Source: Glycera tridactyla (taxonomy: Eukaryota). Taken from it: a stretch of DNA of 64,000 bases. The notes below the pieces were generated by a model that was given only the letters and a program-made list of their open reading frames with translations, searched no databases and had not been told where the DNA came from. The stretch covers positions 8,680,001 through 8,744,000 of the forward strand of contig OZ286476.1 of the NCBI GenBank assembly GCA_965644265.1. Direction: 5' to 3'. The translations under genes were made by a program, and so were the position numbers. Below are positions 60,015-64,000 of the stretch, piece after piece; the first letter of the stretch is position 1; each line of letters opens with the position of its first letter.

Positions 60015-61695
60015 GTGGCGAGTGAAATTGTTCATGACAGTGAACCGTGCTCCTCTGCGGATGGGTGACCAAAATGGACAGTACTCGCTGTTCAATACCT
60101 TACCTGTACCGTAACACAGATCATACCTAAAACTGTTCATACCTAAGGGAAGCCCATATCTTAGTTCAGAACAGTGTTACTCTTGATGTACATCGTTCTG
60201 TTTACCCATGTTGGTGCCATCACCTTGCGCCTTATTGGTGCTTATTTCACGATGGCTTACCAACTGGCGCACTCTGGAATTGTACTGAATCACTCATAAA
60301 TTCATCATTCATTACATTTCTCGTCGTATATAGAATTATCTATGCTTGTCCCTTTCGATGCACGTGCCTAGTTTAGAACAGTGTAACTTTGTATTTACAT
60401 CATTTTGTATGCCCATCTTAGTGGCGCGCCATCAGATTGTGCCTTGGTGTTTTGTTCAAGATGGCGGCGTTCATGTATGTGATAAGGGGAATTAGTGGCG
60501 TTAATTCATTCGTGGTTGATTTGACACTATACCTCATCATGCCATATCCTGGATGAGTTCCATCTCACATATTATCCTATGATGTATCATGTGGACTAAT
60601 ACACAGCCTATGTAAAGCTTTGTATTACAATGACTCTGGAATCACTATATCGCATATATAGACACGCACTCACTCACACGCACGCACACAGTCACCTAAC
60701 CAAGTGTGAAGAAAGCTGACTTGCCCTAACTCACCTCAACGTCGGGAGAAACTAAATGACTCACGACTTGTATGATATTATTTAAAAGAGTAATGGCAAT
60801 TATTGTTGTCTCATAATATCAACCAATTAAGATATTACATCGGCGGTGTTTATAATTGCCCACAATCTACATGTGATAGAGTGTGTTAGCACTCTCTTAC
60901 CTAGCCATGGGGACCCCCTTGTGTTGCACACATTATCAGTTACTTGATCCGAACACATTGTATGAACAGCTTATTACTGAAGGAAATGTTAAGCATTGCA
61001 TGAAGCATTAAATGAGAAGACAAGTGACAGGCGAAAGCACATATGTAGAGTTGTATCTTATATTTCGACTCAATTTACACTAATAATGGGAGGGACTAGT
61101 ACAACATCTCCCATATACGGTTAGGGACAATAGAATGAGAATACTAGGTCAAGTGAGTGAACAAAAGGAATGGAAAGATCGGGGTAGTAAGAGAGGCAAA
61201 AGAAGGAGTGAAGCAGGAGGACAGTTAAGAGAATCATAGGTACGAATGACAAGAAAACATCGTATATGCAAATAGTGTAGCTGAAATTCATCTACACATG
61301 AAGAAGTCATTAACACTATATGGAAGTGCATTACGAGATATAAATCGGATGTTCCCCTTTAATACTGTGAATCATGAAAGTAATGATCTAAATAAACTCC
61401 CACTAATAAGTGATTGAGACAGTTCTTAAATGGAGATCTAGAGGCGAGATCATGATTCACATTTTGAGTTGGTCAAACTCAAACCACTTGCATCTGGTGA
61501 CAAGGACTAACTTAGTATGGAGAACCTGACTTGTGGACTGATAGTATTTGCTGAGCTCGTAAACTATTTATCACGATCTGTTACTCGACACCCAACCTGC
61601 AGCTGAGTCCACGTGGGTTCAATTTGTGTGCGTGTGTAGACTGTGGGAGGTGTGCTGAAGTCTCTCCGGTCAGAATGGTCGTCAGAGAAGTGGCA

Positions 61696-62045
61696 TATGG
61701 TCAATGTGAAGTCTGCTTCCACGAGTCCAATACATCAGTGTATAGCGGTAGTCAAGACAACCTCAATGGACTGAATGATAACTCGGAGTCTGCTTCCATC
61801 AGGCTTGTATTTCAGTGTACAGCAGTGAAGATAACCACAATGAACTGAATGATAACTCGAGGTCTGCTTCCATCTGTCCTGCATATCAATGTACAGTAGT
61901 GAAGACAACCATAATGAACTGAATGATAACTCGAGGTCTGCTTCCATCTGTCCTGCATATCAATGTACAGTAGTGAAGACAACTATAATGAACTGAATGA
62001 TGACTAGGAGTCTGCTTCCACCAGTCCTGCATGTCAGTGTAAGAA
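61696..62045. repeat. 74-bp minisatellite, ~5 copies
   Basis: actgaatgat recurs at 61770, 61844, 61918 and 61992. The outer copies are degenerate. Confidence 0.9.
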
Positions 62046-62579
62046 TGTTGGAAGTCTGGCCTGCGCATTCCCTCTACAATTGTTATGATGGTTGAAGTCT
62101 AAAAACACTGGAAACTTGTCATTTCCATTGTGAATATCTCCTCAACCTGAAGCATTCAGGCACTTAGCATAAGTTTCAGCTGCCTGACGCATGACAATAC
62201 AAGCTCCACTATCCCCTACAGATCATCATGGCCGCCCAAATATGTCTGGCTGTCAAGTTTTACTTTCAGCTCTCTTCTTTTTCTCTCACTCCTCCTCTCT
62301 CTATGTCCCTCTCTCTATCCCTCTCTGTCTCTCTCATCGTTGCTGGCCAATAATGTCAAAGTGCCAGGTTTTATCTAACTACGCCAGTACATGGAATACA
62401 ATCCGGCAGCCATCTTGGACTGAATAGTGGAGTGGTCATGGAAAAGCATGAAACGGGTGGTGGATCGATCACACATCTAATTAGGTCATGTAGAGATGCA
62501 TTTCAGAACTTACCAATCACTATTCTATATGAGTTACAGTCTCATTAGAATAGTCTCAGACCCTCGTGGGACATAGGTA

Positions 62580-62675
62580 TTCTTCTGTGCCCTGTCTCTC
62601 TCTTTCTTTCTTTCTTTCACTCTCCCTGTCTCTCTCTATCAATCCCCCTCTCGCTCTCTCCCTTTCTCTCTCTAT
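62580..62675. repeat. (CT/CTTT)n low-complexity tract
   Basis: Visible directly. Confidence 0.8.
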
Positions 62676-64000
62676 GAACGTCATCAGTGTCATCTTTAGA
62701 TGTTGATGTCAATATCACCAATATTATCAGTGACTTGTGTTCTTGCTCAAGTCTTGCCAGCACTACATGGGTAATATTCAGATGCCTAGGCAAATTTCCG
62801 AGCCAACTCTTCCCAACACATATGGACCACTATCGATCAGGCGAGTATTCATCAAAATCTCCAACCCTGTGATTGACAGGTGGAACTTGTCATCAGCGGG
62901 CATGTAGTACATAGGTCAATCGACAATTGCCCGGTGTTGCTAGATGATTGCGTCACATGTCAGTCACGTGCGCCAACCAGCATCCATAATTGATGTCTGT
63001 CTTCTCTGAGTGACAACGCTCGTCATGCGCATCAATCGATCGCAAGTATTTGTCACCGGTAGTATAATTGCAATGAATTTCTCATTGATTGCACACAGGT
63101 GTTCGCCGCTGATTTGNNNNNNNNNNNNNNNNNNNNNNNNNNNNNNNNNNNNNNNNNNNNNNNNNNNNNNNNNNNNNNNNNNNNNNNNNNNNNNNNNNNN
63201 NNNNNNNNNNNNNNNNNNNNNNNNNNNNNNNNNNNNNNNNNNNNNNNNNNNNNNNNNNNNNNNNNNNNNNNNNNNNNCTGTCCACCTGTCTATCTCTCTA
63301 TCGATGTCAATATATACAATGCATTTTACTCACCATGNNNNNNNNNNNNNNNNNNNNNNNNNNNNNNNNNNNNNNNNNNNNNNNNNNNNNNNNNNNNNNN
63401 NNNNNNNNNNNNNNNNNNNNNNNNNNNNNNNNNNNNNNNNNNNNNNNNNNNNNNNNNNNNNNNNNNNNNNNNNNNCTGCAAGATTGAACAGACCTCATCC
63501 ATCCATCATGTGAGCGTCCATTCGTCCGTCGGTCGGTCCGCCGGTCGGTCCGCCGNNNNNNNNNNNNNNNNNNNNNNNNNNNNNNNNNNNNNNNNNNNNN
63601 NNNNNNNNNNNNNNNNNNNNNNNNNNNNNNNNNNNNNNNNNNNNNNNNNNNNNNNNNNNNNNNNNNNNNNNNNNNNNNNNNNNNNNNNNNNNNNNNNNNN
63701 NNNNNNNNNNNNNNNNNNNNNNNNNNNNNNNNNNNNNNNNNNNNNNNNNNNNNNNNNNNNNNNNNNNNNNNAGCATGTTTATATACAATTTCAAAGAGCC
63801 TCATAATGTGTGCAGTTGGATGCGTCAAGGACGCATCTCCGCCCATACATGAAGGTTTCACATCACAGCACATGATCTTTCCTCCTCAAATTTAGTACCA
63901 ACTCGCATATTTGAGGGCAATGATACCAAATACATGACATTGTAACTCAATGAGAATCATTTTCGATTATGTTCTAATGCCAGCGCATCGTTGACGGCAC

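Overview
Repeat-rich, apparently intergenic or intronic window of an animal genome, probably an invertebrate (inferred from the TE families and AT-rich background). I found no host gene, rRNA, tRNA or CRISPR array. Two large, nearly intact retroelements dominate. (1) A 7,190-bp DIRS1-like tyrosine-recombinase retrotransposon (4983-12172) has inverted terminal repeats, an internal complementary region that reproduces the circle junction, an AGT core at both ends, a 1104-aa Gag, an RT-RNase H-methyltransferase ORF with one stop and one 1-bp deletion, and an intact tyrosine recombinase. (2) An apparently full-length CR1/L2-group LINE (~42550-50374) has three stop-free ORFs: a coiled-coil/RRM-type ORF1, a separate SGNH esterase and an APE-RT ORF2. 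The best lead is a predicted 279-nt GT-AG intron (44841-45119) whose removal fuses ORF1 in frame to the esterase, suggesting a LINE that uses alternative splicing; this is untested. The rest is decayed LINE fragments, a ~1.1-kb duplicated unit (one copy interrupted by a LINE), four minisatellite arrays (59, 66, 74 and 76 bp), two strong hairpins, microsatellites and 13 N-runs. All alignments and counts were done by hand; no database search was run.
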